Notes: generated by a model from the letters alone, not told the origin. DNA of 63,348 bases, filler included, from Trichosphaerium sp. ATCC 40318 (GCA_038496445.1; 4 parts of 4 records of this genome joined end to end with filler, not necessarily neighbours in it), one strand, 5' to 3'. Positions 36,401-49,932 are shown, counted from the whole stretch's first letter. Made by a program: numbers and translations.

Positions 36401-38459
36401 CTAGCAAAATCTAGCAACAGAGTGTAATGAGTTAGGTCTTAGACAATATCCAATTTGCCCTTGTGCTGTTCAAGTGGGCGAGATAGTACGGTTATCAAAG
36501 AGTGAACTTAAAACCGGTAGAAAGTGTACCTTTACAGGGCTTCAAATAACCGCCAAAGAAATAGCCCAAGGCTTTCCTTGGCAGCCTAGTTTTCTCAATC
36601 CTCTATGGTGCACAACCAGTAGATATTCAATCATTGAGAAACGCCTAACAAGGCACAAACATCTATGGAAACGAAAAGGAGCTCTGGAGTATACTGATCT
36701 TACACCCGATGAAGCTTTTGATGTATTTAAATAGTCATTTTCTTGCACTTACACTTAATTAAGGATCGCAAAGATGAATACCTTCGTGTTCGTGATATGT
36801 TCTATAAGTTTGTGGGAAAGGACGGAAGTTCCTTGTTTGAGATAGTAAAGACTACTGTGCTACATAATCAGGTTCTTGAGAGCAGTTTTACTAAAACCTA
36901 CAACAAACTAGTACAAAGGCTGTTAAAGTCCAGTACTAGCGCGCCATTATGCTCCGGTGGGTCCTAACATTATGAATTACACTTCAACTTATACTATTTA
37001 GGATCAGATAAAAAAGAAACAGAAAAGCAACAGTGGCAGCAATGGTGAAACAAACATTTGGATTGCGTTTTACTAACTAAAGAGTAATGGTAGGATCCTA
37101 TCTCATTTGGAGCAATACACCATGCGTGTCTCTGGTAATGAACGTATTAACCTCGTAACAGCTTTTAGTGGCACTTCTGAAGTACGTTCAAGCTTAAATT
37201 TAGCTCGAATTTCTATTGGTGTTTGTAGGATACATGCTTCAAAATAGCCGAAAACAACTTTTTGGATGCAAAAGACAAAAAACGGATGGGCATCACAGTG
37301 ACTGATCCAGGATACTTTGGTAAGTTTTGCTGTTCTATTTAACGTAATTATCATCTAGGTGATGGCATATACTTCACACAGTATCCTTCTTATGGTACAC
37401 ATACTTAAGAAAGTCATTATACATAACCAAAGATTGCAGGCTCATTGTATGCTGAAAAGGCTGAAAAAAAACAAGTTCAATGTATGGTTATCTCTTGGGT
37501 CATGATGGGCACGTGTTTTTTATTGAAGAGGGAAAAAATTATTTTGCTATCTCACATGCGTATAAGGTGACCCATATCCTGTAACTGAGGATCCTTTCAA
37601 AGATGGGGCTTCATCACTTCTTGGGAAAGGCTTAGTTGTACAAATCTTGTTTGTAGCCAGTGTTTAATCTTTTTGGTGTAGGATGGATACGACTCACATT
37701 ACGTTGTCACAAGAAGTGCAAATATTAAAGATCTTCAAGTTCCTTGTAAGCCGCACGAGGATCCTGAAGCTGATGAAATAGTTATTTTCAACAAAGATCA
37801 GGTACTTTTACAAAGGTTTACTGTTGAGTCTTTACTGTTGACTAGATCTTACCTCGATACATTGTGTACTATAAACGTGTTGATACAGCTATTGTTAACA
37901 ACAATAATGGAATGGTGTTTAGTCAACTTAGAGATAAAAACTTGGAATGGCGTGATGCGGAGAAACTTGTTCTTTGGGTTGATAACAATTTATCCAATCA
38001 AAACAAACAATTGAAAAAAGAAATAGAAAAATCAAGCAACTCTAGAGTTCACGTGCGGTTTGTGTATTTGAGTATCGTATCTTGACTTTATTAGATAATA
38101 AATATGACATCATCCACAGAGCTTAAAATATGGCTTGAGACTATTGCAAGACATTTACAAGGTAAGAAGTTGATGGTTATGACAAATAGATATCGCAAGA
38201 ATGATGGTAAAGAGAATGCAGCGTACAATCTTATACTGTACGCCCTCGCTACTGTTGCACCTCAGTTAAGCTCATGTGGTTGTATAATAGGCTTTTACGT
38301 AAACACAAGGAATGGAAGAGTATTCCTATTGTCGTTTTTTGCGGTAACGCCAAAGATGCAACGCATCTTGAAAAGTTGAAGTTTACAAAAGTCACTGACA
38401 ATGCCACTCAAGTTTTTACGTGGTGTTCAACACTAAAGAATAACCCATTTAAGAATTAA
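33488..38459 (+). CDS. Roco-family protein: degenerate Rho/Rac-like domain + Roc GTPase + COR + PARP-like ADP-ribosyltransferase + receiver-like domain
   Basis: Rho-like: ADVFILIFSIADPNSFQNIKDKWIPEIRRFAP...MAHEIGAFQYTECS. Roc: KLLILGHGGSGKTTL, STISLD, YDFGGQIEYLTSHKSF, IVVGNKLD. COR: IEYLHCIGKI..VCLRPEMIAQVIASFV. ART: AFSGT, TDPGYFGDGIYFTQYPSYG, WVMMGDPYPVTE, GYDSHY, ADEIVIFNKDQILPRYIV. C-terminal LVLWVDNN...IPIVVFCG. Confidence 0.85.
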
Positions 38460-38657
38460 TAAAAAATCTTTCAACATAGTATTTTCTATTTTGTGAGAAC
38501 AGCCTGGGGGACTAGGGAACAAAGAAAAAGGCTACATGGCTTAGACAAAGAGGTTACTCATTCATATTCATGTCCCGTAAATAACATTGACAAGGAAGGG
38601 TTGACTTATTTAGCCTTTCTTAAGAAGGCTATTAATTTTGCTGGAAAATAGGAAAAA

Positions 38658-40265
38658 ATGCTCATCCCCTTCCTTTTTGTATCTTTAGCATGTTTTGTAT
38701 TGCTGTCATGCGCCCAAACGGATCCATGTTACAATCGGCATGAAATAAACGTTAAATGCTATGGCTTTAACGCCAATGACTCTACACAGTACCTAAAACG
38801 CGCTTTCTCTCAAGAAACTTATAAGGTAATCTATAACTGCTTTTTCCGCCATTTCTGGCATTACGCTTTTTCCTGTCACGTGCCTAATCCAAAACAGAAT
38901 GTTGTTCTGACTTTTCGGTTTTTTTAGGTCATTGTGCCATTCATGGGTAAACCATGGATAACTCAACCACTCCATATCTCCCAAAGCAACCAGACTATCG
39001 AATTTCAAAATGGCGTTGAGGTTCTAGCGAAGGAAAATGCTTTCAAACGTGAATCTGATTGTCTCTTTACAATCTCTCATGTTAAAAATGTTTCGTTTGT
39101 ATCCTCTGGAAAGATTGCAACATTTCGCATGAGACTCTCAGATTATGCTAACGCGTCAAAGTACAATAAATCAGAACATCGTCATGGTATCGAGATTATG
39201 TCATCCTCTAGCATAAGTATTGTAGGACCACTGTTGATCACTGAGACTGGTGGAGATGGTGAGTACTCAGTATGCATAAAACTTACACTAATGATAGGTA
39301 TTTATATCGGCGAAGGTGATAGTAGTCAAGTGCTAATAAAGGATGTAGTCTCAGATCGGAATTATCGACAGGTTAGCTGTATCAAATTCGTTTTTACCTT
39401 ATTTTTGTTAAAGGGAATTACTGTTGTTTCTGCCACTGACTTGGTTGTGGAGGGATGCGTCTTCTCACATACTAATGGAACACCACCACAAGGCACGTGT
39501 TGTTTATAGTAAATATGTCTAAAACGTGGTAGCGGGAGTTGACATTGAACCAAATACACCGCTTGATAAGCTTGTGAACATTACGTTTTCCAGTTGTTCG
39601 TTTATTAATGTACACGATACTGTCGCATCTTGAGCTTATTGTATTTGTAGAATACAGGTGAAAATATTCATATGTACTTGGGAAAGCTTGACAAAACTGC
39701 TGATATTTCCATCTTTATGACTGATATAAAAGTTATTGGTGGTTCCTCGTATGGTGTGTCAATTGATATTGGTGATGAGGATTTAACAGGGACTATTGCA
39801 ATCACAGAAACAAGTATAGTAGACTCTTCTAGAGCAGGTTTGTACAGAGTTTGGTATTGATACAAACACGCCATTTAGGAATTTTTGTTTCACACAAAAA
39901 AGTTACATCAAATCTGTTGTTCAAAGATGTTGTGTTATCGAATGTAGCATTGGATGAACAAAATCCAATATTTCTTTTTGATGATAGATTGATGGGTAAT
40001 ATTAGTTTCGTTGACATCACAGTATACGATTCTCAGGATAGGTACATCATCTTTAGAGCGTTGACTTTAAATTCAAAAAACCAGCTTATTAAAACTGTTT
40101 TTGCTGATTTGTAAAAGGCATTTTTTCGTTGGCAATGTGTCAACAGTCGAAAATATCAGTGGAACTTTTACAGTTTATAATGAGGTAAACAATTATGGAT
40201 GTATTCCTCAATGGAACTCAAAGACATTGACTAATATTACAATGAATGTGGATTGTAAAGCATAA
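38658..40265 (+). CDS. Secreted right-handed parallel beta-helix (pectin-lyase-like) protein, bacterial type
   Basis: Signal peptide MLIPFLFVSLACFVLLSCA. Motifs GFNANDST, VIVPFMGKPW, EHRHGI, GGDGIYIG, DRNYRQGITVVSA, TNGTPPQAGVDIEPN. Confidence 0.85.
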
Positions 40266-40329
40266 GTCATAACAAAGAGTCAGCATAACGTTCTTCAAAT
40301 AAATCAGTTAACTTTTTAGTATTGGGTTA

Positions 40330-40540
40330 ATTAGCTCCAAATTGCTTGTTGTTTAACAAATGTTCTATCTTGCGTACGTTAGTTGTTGGAGGAATCGTTG
40401 TTGGCACTTCTATCGGTGGACTAGTTGTTGGTGGATTTGTCGTAGGTGAGACTGTCGGAGATAGTGTGTAGGTGAACTGGTTGTAGGTTGAAGTGTTGTA
40501 GGCGGTTCGGTTGGAGGCCAGAGTTGACCAGACTAACGAT
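40330..40540 (-). pseudogene. Pro/Thr-rich (PTTSSPT / PTTNPPT) mucin-like exon with frameshift
   Basis: Reads WPPTEPPTTLQPTTSSPT..SPTVSPTTNPPTTSPPIEVPTTIPPTT with a frame change. Confidence 0.35.
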
Positions 40541-40985
40541 AAAAGTTAACTATTACCAAAAGTCAAAGCATATTGACTAAGGCGCAATATGCGCTGCCGT
40601 TAAAATGTCAATCAGACGTTTGATGATGTATACAACACGAGTCAACGTCGGTACAACCATTGAATAAAAACACGTGCAACCCTTTCAACTTTGCTTTCGT
40701 TACGCACTCACACTACATACCTAAAGCTGGATGTCAAACAACAAATTATACACTACACCGCATCGGTAAGCGCTATATTATTACCGGTACTGCTACACCT
40801 TTGGCAAACTTGCATGATAGGGACTAGGTCCCCAAAGCCAAATTTATTTAATGTGAACACAGTACATTCCCTCATCAAAACTAGTAATCATCATTATATT
40901 GCCTGATCATAAAACCTCCTTGAAAAATGAAAACAAATAACAAGCTAATATTGCTAACTTTGTAATTGACCATGGCAATAAGTTT

Positions 40986-41720
40986 TTAATTGACCGTTTT
41001 CACTCTACTTCTCCTAATTTTACCAGCGCTATAATGTTCATGGCTCCATAGCTGTCCATTAAAAGACCAACGCTTGCACTCGCCATGATATTCTGCTTTC
41101 TTATAACTACAATGTAACATAATTTGTCCATTAGGATACCAACGCTTAAACTCTCCGTCACACAAGTTATGTACATAGTTACACTTGATCTTCAAGATAC
41201 CAGTTTCATACCATGCATTGTATTCTCCCTCGACCATGCCATTGACATAAGTGTAGAGACAAGACAATTTACCATTCTTGAAGTAAAACTTGTACACTCC
41301 ATGTTCATTACCAGCGACATAGGCACTATGTTTCCTTATTGTCCCATCCCTATACATATTCTTAAATTCCCCATCTAGTTTACCATCTTTATAATTACAT
41401 TGTGATTGTAATTCACCAGTATTGTACCAACTCTTGTAGACTCCATGTCGTTTACCATTATTCCAAAACAATTGGCAAATTTTATTGTTTTCGCGTCTTA
41501 GTTTCTTTATCCATTTGCCATGTTTCTTCAGTTCTATAGTAAACCTCGTTGATGTAGCCCCGCGTTTTGATAAGAGAGGCCACTTTACATACACTTCATA
41601 GTCTAAATCGACAATATCAAGCTGTAACTCGACAGGAAGATGTAGGATGTTAAAACCATCTGATTTTTTGTCAGTTACTGTTTTGCCAATACCACTAGAT
41701 ATATTTCTTATGTTTCTCAT
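40986..41720 (-). CDS. F-box-like motif + MORN-variant repeat protein
   Basis: ILHLPVELQLDIVDLD followed by ~7 repeats of [HD]GxYKxWYxxGxL. Coding region is intronless. Confidence 0.85.
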   Translation of the reverse strand: MRNIRNISSGIGKTVTDKKSDGFNILHLPVELQLDIVDLDYEVYVKWPLLSKRGATSTRFTIELKKHGKWIKKLRRENNKICQLFWNNGKRHGVYKSWYNTGELQSQCNYKDGKLDGEFKNMYRDGTIRKHSAYVAGNEHGVYKFYFKNGKLSCLYTYVNGMVEGEYNAWYETGILKIKCNYVHNLCDGEFKRWYPNGQIMLHCSYKKAEYHGECKRWSFNGQLWSHEHYSAGKIRRSRVKTVN

Positions 41721-42953
41721 TGTTATAACTCTATGGAAAGGTACTAATGGTAGCGTACTCAATTTAACGTCTTTGTGTTTTGACCGTCCTTTACTTTGCG
41801 AGATCAGAGTTCATAAAAACACGTGTGGTATTTTGGATAGTTGCCGTGTTTTGTTTCAGGCTTGAACCGCTACTTCATTGCTCTTTAACACGGAAACTTG
41901 ATACATAACGGACTCTAATATATGATAGGAACTAGAGCGATTTTTAGCAAGCAGTTCCTTTTAAAAAATTCACTGAATGCTCAACAACAACAAAAGCAAT
42001 TTTTTTTAAATTCCTTATGATAGTCTGTCTATTACGTGTCCCAAAGTTGGGACCTTTCATATCTTATCCTATCATAACATTAGCATCACTACCATTTTTT
42101 AATACCAACGCATCACCAACATTTTCGTCAAAATAACCTTACTTTAATTAGTGTTTTGGCTATTATTATACTTCTCATCCACTACAAAGAAAAAAGGTAC
42201 AAAAAATCAGTTTTGTTTTTCAATATCCTGTGTAGTCCTCTTTGGAAAACGTGGGACCCTCGCCGGAACAATGAGCGGTTATTTAGTAGGCACCCAATTA
42301 CCATCTGCATCTACCAAGCATACGCTTTGGCTGGACTATAGGACAATCTCTTCTGATGATATGTCAGATGTTAAATAAGACCAACTCATTCTTGCAAGGT
42401 GCATCCTCCAAAAAAAAAGCACCACGTTCCTTTGCGTTGTTAGAACGTGCAACTACAATAAGGAGAAATAGAAACCTTTACTACACAGGTTTGTTGAAAT
42501 GTCAAATCAACCGTTATCGCCTGTATCTTGTAAGTTGTGAAGTATTTTGAGGTCTCCGTGTTTTGCCAGGGAGCTGTATCTACTTTTATACAAATACCCG
42601 TTTATAGAAGCGTCATAAAATCGTCTCTTCGCTAAAGCGACCATAATGCGAGCGAGATGTAGTTTAGGAGGATGCATCTATAAAAACTATCTTGGGTAAC
42701 TTCTCAAAGAGGCTGCCAAAACGAGTCTACATGATTTCTACAAGGTGGCCATACTGATTGACGATAAGTCAAAGGATAATTAAAACGAATCAACTTGTAT
42801 AGCTAGCACGTGTTAGCTACACATATGAATAAACTACCAAGTACGTTGCATGAATGCGTGTGTCGTGAATTCACTACACAGAGACGTACGCTATTGAAGT
42901 ATGAACTACTTTGACTTATATCGATTGTATTTTGTTGTGACAACGACTTCGTA

Positions 42954-43383
42954 ATGAACAGGTTATCCAGGACTGGCGCTAGGGGTATAACCAGTCGAAA
43001 GCGAACTAGTTTGCGACAAAAAACAAGGTGTACACCAAACAAAGCGTCAAAACCTCAAATAGCTAAAGTTACCAAACCTGCAAGCGGTTTTAATTGGAAT
43101 ACAGGCAATTGGAAGTGGCAAACGCCACAAACAGTCGCTTTACCAAAGTACGCACTAAAATAACCAATTACCTAATATATATAGCGCGCGAGTACTCGTT
43201 GCTGGCCGTAGTGGATTTATGAGCTTATGTTTAATGTTTGCAACTTGGATGGCTCTTTTTATTGGTATGTACTACCACACGCGCTGTTATGTAATTTATA
43301 TGCGTAGATCCCATTTAGTAGCGTGTCAGAGGCAGAAAACAGTCAAAGAAAATGAAATCGCTTGCGTTGTGGCCTACTAGATA
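42954..43383 (+). CDS. Small protein with Arg/Ser/Thr-rich N-terminus and one hydrophobic segment (possibly mitochondrial)
   Basis: MNRLSRTGARGITSRKRTSLRQK... spliced to GFMSLCLMFATWMALFIG. End approximate. Confidence 0.35.
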
Positions 43384-43493
43384 ACAGTCGTAATGGCAAG
43401 ACATGTAACACAATAATTTTGTATAGAACAAGCATAAAAAAAAAACCTGAATGAATTTTGTTGAAATGCGTTATTCTCTTTTTAAAAGACAAC

Positions 43494-44869
43494 ATGCTTG
43501 CTCTACGGGCAAGAGGTGTAGTAGCCCGAAGCACGTACACCGCAAAGCGTACTCTAAACCACAAACAACGCGTTCGTACAATAATCAATGGCGAAAGGCT
43601 GAAAGGCGACACAGTTGAAGTAATAAACCCAGGACCAAAGTTGGTAGAGATTCCAGACGATTATGCTGCTAAACAGCTTCAACTCGATTGTCAAGAAATA
43701 ACTAAGGCGTGGTTCCCAATAGACACCATGCGCTCGGTCGGTGAGGGCATTAAAGACCTAAAAATGAAGAAACGATGGGACAACGCTTGTAAACTCGCAG
43801 AACTTGAAACCAAACAAAAAGCGATGGAAATGTACAGGTTCGTAGCAATTACAAGCAAAAAGGCTTGAAATCAAAAACAAGCGATGTAAAACACTCAAAT
43901 ATAACGTATACACAAGGGACATGAGGAAACTTGAGCTACCAAAAGAAGAGCGGGCAGATATTCATCCAAACCAAGATTTTAAGAGCTGGAGTGAGGTTTT
44001 ACACGCGTTTTTGAAAGTGTTTTCACGTTCTAAAAACTATGACGAAAGAGACGAGGTACATCAAGTCATTTTCTAACCTTATTACCCATTTAATTGTATT
44101 CTAAACGCGTAAAATAGGATGCAGCTCTTGGTGCTGGATGGGTTATTTCACCAACAATCGATAAAGAGTACCTTGAACCTCTACACCATTGGACAGAACA
44201 AGATGAAATTATGTTACTCTTCCAACAAGACACAGAGTATGTGTCAAACTCGTGATATTATTTTTGCGCCTTTTTCTCAACAACAACGCGTTTTAGACGC
44301 CCACTGCAACCATTACAAACGCTTTTCTTTTTTTTTTTTTGAATTCGACATCACAAACACTTATTCCTGTTTGCTTGTCGTCAAATTACTTACTACGGTT
44401 TAGGCCACATCCAGACCAACCTGCAAAGAACATTACTTATGGTAAAATCGCTGTAATCAATTTCTACGAGCGCATTATGATTTTGCGTGCTATCGCTCAT
44501 TCTGAGCGTTCGACAATTAAAGAAAGACGAAAAGAGCACGCGCTTGAGAAAAAGCCAGAATTTCCAGAAGACATTTTAGACCGATTTCCAGAACAACGAG
44601 CATCAGAGGAGCTTGATGCTACAGTTTATGGTCAAAGACACAGAGTAATCGATATTCCACCTAATTGGCTACTTGCTTTCAAAAAACAACTGTGGCCTAA
44701 CTGCCACTCTACTTTTGACGAAACAGAGTCTCTCTACACTTTTATTAAACAAAGGTCTGATGGTCCTGTTGGTGTTTCATCATGGAAGGCAGATATTGTT
44801 GATGTCTATGATAAGGATCAACCTACTTTAAAAGCAAAGGATGTTTTAAAGCAAATGCCTCCACAATAA
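43494..44869 (+). CDS. Hypothetical protein with mitochondrial-presequence-like N-terminus, 4 exons
   Basis: MLALRARGVVARSTYTAKRTL (basic, no acidic residues). Long open exons at 43494-43835 and ~44400-44869. Confidence 0.6.
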
Positions 44870-45209
44870 GGAGCACGTAAACGGAAAAAAAAAAATAAAA
44901 TATCTCAAAATTGTAACTTTCTCGTCTACTCTTTGCATTTGTGGCCTTGCACGCGTATGATTCTACGCTTGCGACATGCGGAGCAGAGTTGCTGCGATTG
45001 ACTTGTTTTTCCTGAATTGTCGGCCATTTAAAATGCCCCAAATGTACTCATTGCTGATATCTAGTGAAGCGTTTAGGACGCGTTTGGAGTGAAAATGAGC
45101 TCTTTTAAGTTTCACCGTTAAGCAATTGTTAATTAGCAAGTAATTTTTGGGGTTGTGAAGCGTATAACTGGGTGTGGACTTAATTGAAGTCGTGGTCAGC
45201 CACCAGGAA

Positions 45210-47932
45210 ATGAAACGCAGTCAAGAAAATGCTGTAGGACAGAAGAAGGCCAAGAGACAGCGTACTAGTACCGCAAAGAGAGCATGTGTATTATGTAGAG
45301 CTAAACATCAAAAATGTGACGGAGACTTTCCCTGTGGTCGTTGCAAGAAAGGTAATCGTCAATGCGCATATCCAGCACCAAAAAAACGTGGACCTATTCA
45401 AGGTAATTGTTAACATCAATTACAAAACGTTCAACGCTTATTAGGGCGTAGAAATGCACTCACACAAGAGCTCAGTGCTGTCAAATGTCAACTTGAACAA
45501 CAAAAAGCTGAAATAAATCACTGGAGAGCCATGTATGAGCGTGCTACGCGATCACAGGTAATAAAAGAATCCGTCAATTATTCCTCGGACCGTTTAGATG
45601 AAAATCAGTATTTTCTCCTATTTTACGAACTCACTGGTTTACAGGCAACTCTATGGAAGCTGTCATCACACCTTGGCTTGTCATCAAGTATTTCAACGTA
45701 TTTATCAACATACAAAGATTACTTATACCCATGGACGGTACGTACAAATGTTTCATTGTCAGATCATTTTTGGGTAAAAACAACACGTGGGTGTTTTTGT
45801 GAAGCTTAAAAAATGTTTCAAGGGTATACCGTTGCATAATTGGACTGCGAATAATGTATTAGATGTATTCAGGGAGAATACAAGTACGATAATTTTCAGA
45901 AATTAGGCTAAGAAAACGGCGTTATTTTTCGTAAAATATCAAGAAGGATTGCTAAAAAAAAACTCTAAAGCATGGACTGCCGATCCACGTATGTTAGAGA
46001 TACTTGGTATACTAGCTCTGGGGTCTAATATAAATGGTATTGATGGACATACAGATCATTTCAACCAAATGGCGAGGCAGGTTTTACGTAACTTGTATGA
46101 TACAAGACACCCTTGTGTAGCAGGTGCATAAATTGTTTTCAATGTGCACTGAGTGACTTTTAATCTAGCTGGTTTGATACTTCTTGCAACACAACAATTT
46201 AGCTACGGTGATTTTGCTCTAGGTTCATATTACGTTACAATGGCGAACCGTAAGTATCTTTTGTTTGCTCAGTAAATATTCATTTGTTCTTTTTTTTAGA
46301 AATGTTGATGACACTCTTGTCAAGAAGAGGTTGTGATGAACAACAAAGAAAATACTTGCTCCTACTCAAGAGACAAGTTTCTTTATACCTAGCTGATGTA
46401 GCAAGCTCAAGGTACAATCCTATTTTTTAAAGCATTATTTGCGTTCGAAGTTCAACCAGAAATTGAACTGACTGTTGTTTATACAGAGAGCACTCTATGC
46501 AATTGTTTATTGAGGTCAACAATGAAACTGATCCAATGCTTAAGCAAGCACGGTTTGATGATATGGATTCCGCCCAAGCAATACAGATAATGTGGGCTGC
46601 AGTTGGAAAGGTAACACTCATAATTTTTTTGTTGTTATCGCACTACTACAATATTTAATTTCTTTTCAAAAGGTTTGGCTAAAGATATCACAACCTGTAT
46701 TCATGGCACAACTTTGGGGCCTAGAAAACCTCAAAATGCGTACACTGGTAATCAATAATAAGTCATTTTTTTTTCTGTTTATCGTGTTGTTGATCTTTAT
46801 TAGACAGCTTCAGAGTATGCACAAGATATGACAAGACTTCAAGAGATACAAGATTTTGCGAACATAACGTTTAAAGATGAATGTCAAATGCTAAAAAATA
46901 GTGTTAAAGTAATGATTTGTTCTGTGAAGTCTGTTGTTCACTTTGCTGGAAACAACCTTCAACGAGCAATAGAGGTAACCTCTTTTTTTTCTTTTATTAT
47001 TATTCAGTCCGAAAATCACGTGACAGTACTTTTTTTGTACTTACTAACGTATCTTTGTTTAAAAGGAAGCAAAAGCGATTTGGCAAGATTTTAAAAACGA
47101 TTGGTTGATGCAAAAGTACTTTCCTGGTGCTTTATGCTCTTTACATGATAACTGCTTTATTGCTATTTATGCAGGCGACGTTCAATTTTTTGAGGAGGTA
47201 CCACCATAGCAAGCAGAAAGCGAATTTTTTCAACTTTTTTGTAATTCTTTTTGCTAACATTTTTGCCTCCTGTAGTGTATGCTGTACTATATTAATTTTG
47301 CGAAAACGTGGCCCATAGCAAATATGGTAATTAAGTACGTAATTAAAAGATTTTTCTTTTGACAGACGTTTGTCAGAAGTTATCGTTTTAATTTATTGTT
47401 CGCTAATAATGTTATTAAGGGCACTACTGAAGCAAGCAAAGTCTGTTTCACTTCCTTACAGCTCTACTCTTGATCCAATAATTGATGCACTGGAAGATAC
47501 TCAATGGCCTTGTTTCTCTAATATGAAGAAAGAACAGCACAACGAAACGTATGTTATTTGATAACGATTTTTGACGAGTTCCAAAAAAAAACTTGACACA
47601 TACCTCTAGAGATGGCGAGGTAGAGTTTTTACCTCTACCTGATAACACATTTAATCTTGACGCATTTAATAATGGTGTACTACAGCGTAAGGCTATATTC
47701 TAACTTCAAAAACAAAAAAGAATCAAAAATGTACTGACGATCTTTTTTTTTTGCAGTGCCGATAAGTGACGACATCTTGACGCTACCTCCTCAACAGATG
47801 CCTGAAACGCTAAGCCCTGGTTTGGATATGAGTGATATAGTACTCGAAACACCTTCTCCGAACAGCATGTTCAGTCCAGTAGCGAGTGATGAAACTAATC
47901 CGTTTTTTAATGATCAAATGTTTGTATTGTAG
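45210..47932 (+). CDS. Zn(II)2Cys6 (Gal4-type) transcription factor, multi-exon
   Basis: RACVLCRAKHQKCDGDFPCGRCKKGNRQCAYPAPKKRGP is the canonical binuclear cluster. Coiled-coil, helical middle region and acidic tail follow. Confidence 0.9.
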
Positions 47933-48550
47933 CCCAAAAAAAAGAGAAAGATCTTTTTCAAAAAAAAGGCAAACAGGCCTGCCGTTGTATATAAATGACC
48001 TTAAAACTGCGTGGGCGTATTTTAAGTTTTAAATGCTCAACGTAGATTGGTGTCACAAGATAATGACAACGTGTCATACTAATGATTCAACGCGTACCAA
48101 GACAGTAACAGCGTTTGTGGTACTATTAGTAACCTCAAAAGTAGTAGAAGTATCAAGCCTTCTATGGAAACCGTGGTAAAACGACCTATCGTGAGGCATT
48201 CAACTTTTGATCAAACAAAACACAATGGAAGTGTGTACACTTCAGTCTAGTTTACGAACCGTAGAATCTCAACCCAGGCGCGTAACTTGATGTACCACTC
48301 AATACCGCAGCGTGGTTTTCAAAACGTGACCGCACACAAATAAATCGACCGCAAGTGAGCCACAACCCTTCGTACGAGTTCTGGTTGTATAGAAACATAC
48401 ACGCGAACCTTATGCGCTACGGTAGAGGCCACCACTGAGTGATTTTACACATTCAATATAGGTCCTCTGGTAGAAAGTTGCATATTATGGCAGCAAATTC
48501 CAGTATTCAAAGCGCACAAGTCGGTTAGACGCATGCTAGTGTAGCGAAAC

Positions 48551-49826
48551 ATGACAACTGACAACTTTGATGACTTTGTAGAGGGTCTACTACGCGATCA
48601 ACCTAATTTTAAATTGGCAAAACAAATTTGCTTTTCCGAGCTTACAACCGACTTTTATGATGATCACGTTGTGCGACGAGGAGAACCGCTTGTAGTAACG
48701 GGCGTAATGGAAAATTGGGCGCAAACCGAAATGTTCTCAATAGAGTGGCTGCGAGCTAACTGGGGCGACACTGAGTTGGTCAATTCACCACGGGACGTTA
48801 ACACACTGGAAGACCTAAAAGGCTGGAATTTGGAACGCTTCATACGCTATTTGACAGGGTAAGCGTCTCTAGGGACACTCACGCGCGTGAAGAAAGTACT
48901 CATGATGTTTAGGGAAGACGAGGACGACAGAGAACTGTATGGTAAGTCCGCACTTCTTACACGCACTGTACGCCAGTAAAATCAATCTACGTTGTAGGTA
49001 AAGACATCGCTTGCGCTCCTCAATGGAAAGAATACTTCTCTGAGGTTTTACAAGATTATTTTTGTTATCAACCAAACGACCTCGTCTCTTGCTTAGATCC
49101 GTGCGTATACCCATGAGCGCCTTTATGTATCACTAACACTCCTTCCCAGCGAATTGCAGCCGTTAACCCTGATGACGTATATTGGCAAACAGTACGTTTT
49201 ATTTGTAGTTTAGCGCTTGTTTATCATTGTAAAACAATGTGGAAAAAACGTAAAAAAAAATGGTGCCACAGGAAATTTCTTTTATTCAGCACTTAGCACA
49301 ACGCTTGCTTTTGGGCGTTTAGTACCAAAAATGAGCGCGTTGAGAAACTGTACTGTTTTCTATTTTTTTGTTGTACAAAAGGGCGCAAAAAGCCTACATA
49401 AAGTCTTTTATCAACCTCGCGATCGTAAACGTTACGCGAGGAATGAGCGACTTGACCATTGAAGCGAGAAAATAGCACGTTTCGTAATTTCTCAAAAAAT
49501 GCACAATTCCGACCTTTCTGAGCGTATCAACCTCTTACAAACATTCAAAGCGCCTAAACAACAAAAAACGCTCCTTTTTTTACGTACTGGTTTTTTTTTG
49601 CTAACACACGCATAGACTCACTTACACGCCCGGTCATACAGATGTGATGGGTTCATTAGGCCATAATTTGTTGCTGTCAGGCGAAGAGGGCGCACATGCG
49701 TACTGGTTTATGATGAAATCAGGTGATGTAGAAAAAGCGTCGCAATTGTGGAGAGAAAACAAAGGGCCGCTCTCCCATGATCTTCACTGGCTTCCTCCAG
49801 AATTTTTTGTTGGTTGTGGCTTTGAT
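48551..49826 (+). CDS. JmjC-domain dioxygenase, 3'-truncated by the contig end
   Basis: GEPLVVTGVMENW..FSIEWL, LYGKDIACAPQW, LMTYIG..TPGHTD (HxD iron motif), SLGHNLL..AYWFM. Confidence 0.85.
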
Positions 49827-49926
49827 NNNNNNNNNNNNNNNNNNNNNNNNNNNNNNNNNNNNNNNNNNNNTTAATTAATTAANNNNNNNNNNNNNNNNNN
49901 NNNNNNNNNNNNNNNNNNNNNNNNNN
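49827..49926. other. Artificial contig spacer
   Basis: Same N/TTAATTAATTAA/N linker. Confidence 0.97.
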
Positions 49927-49932
49927 ATTTAT

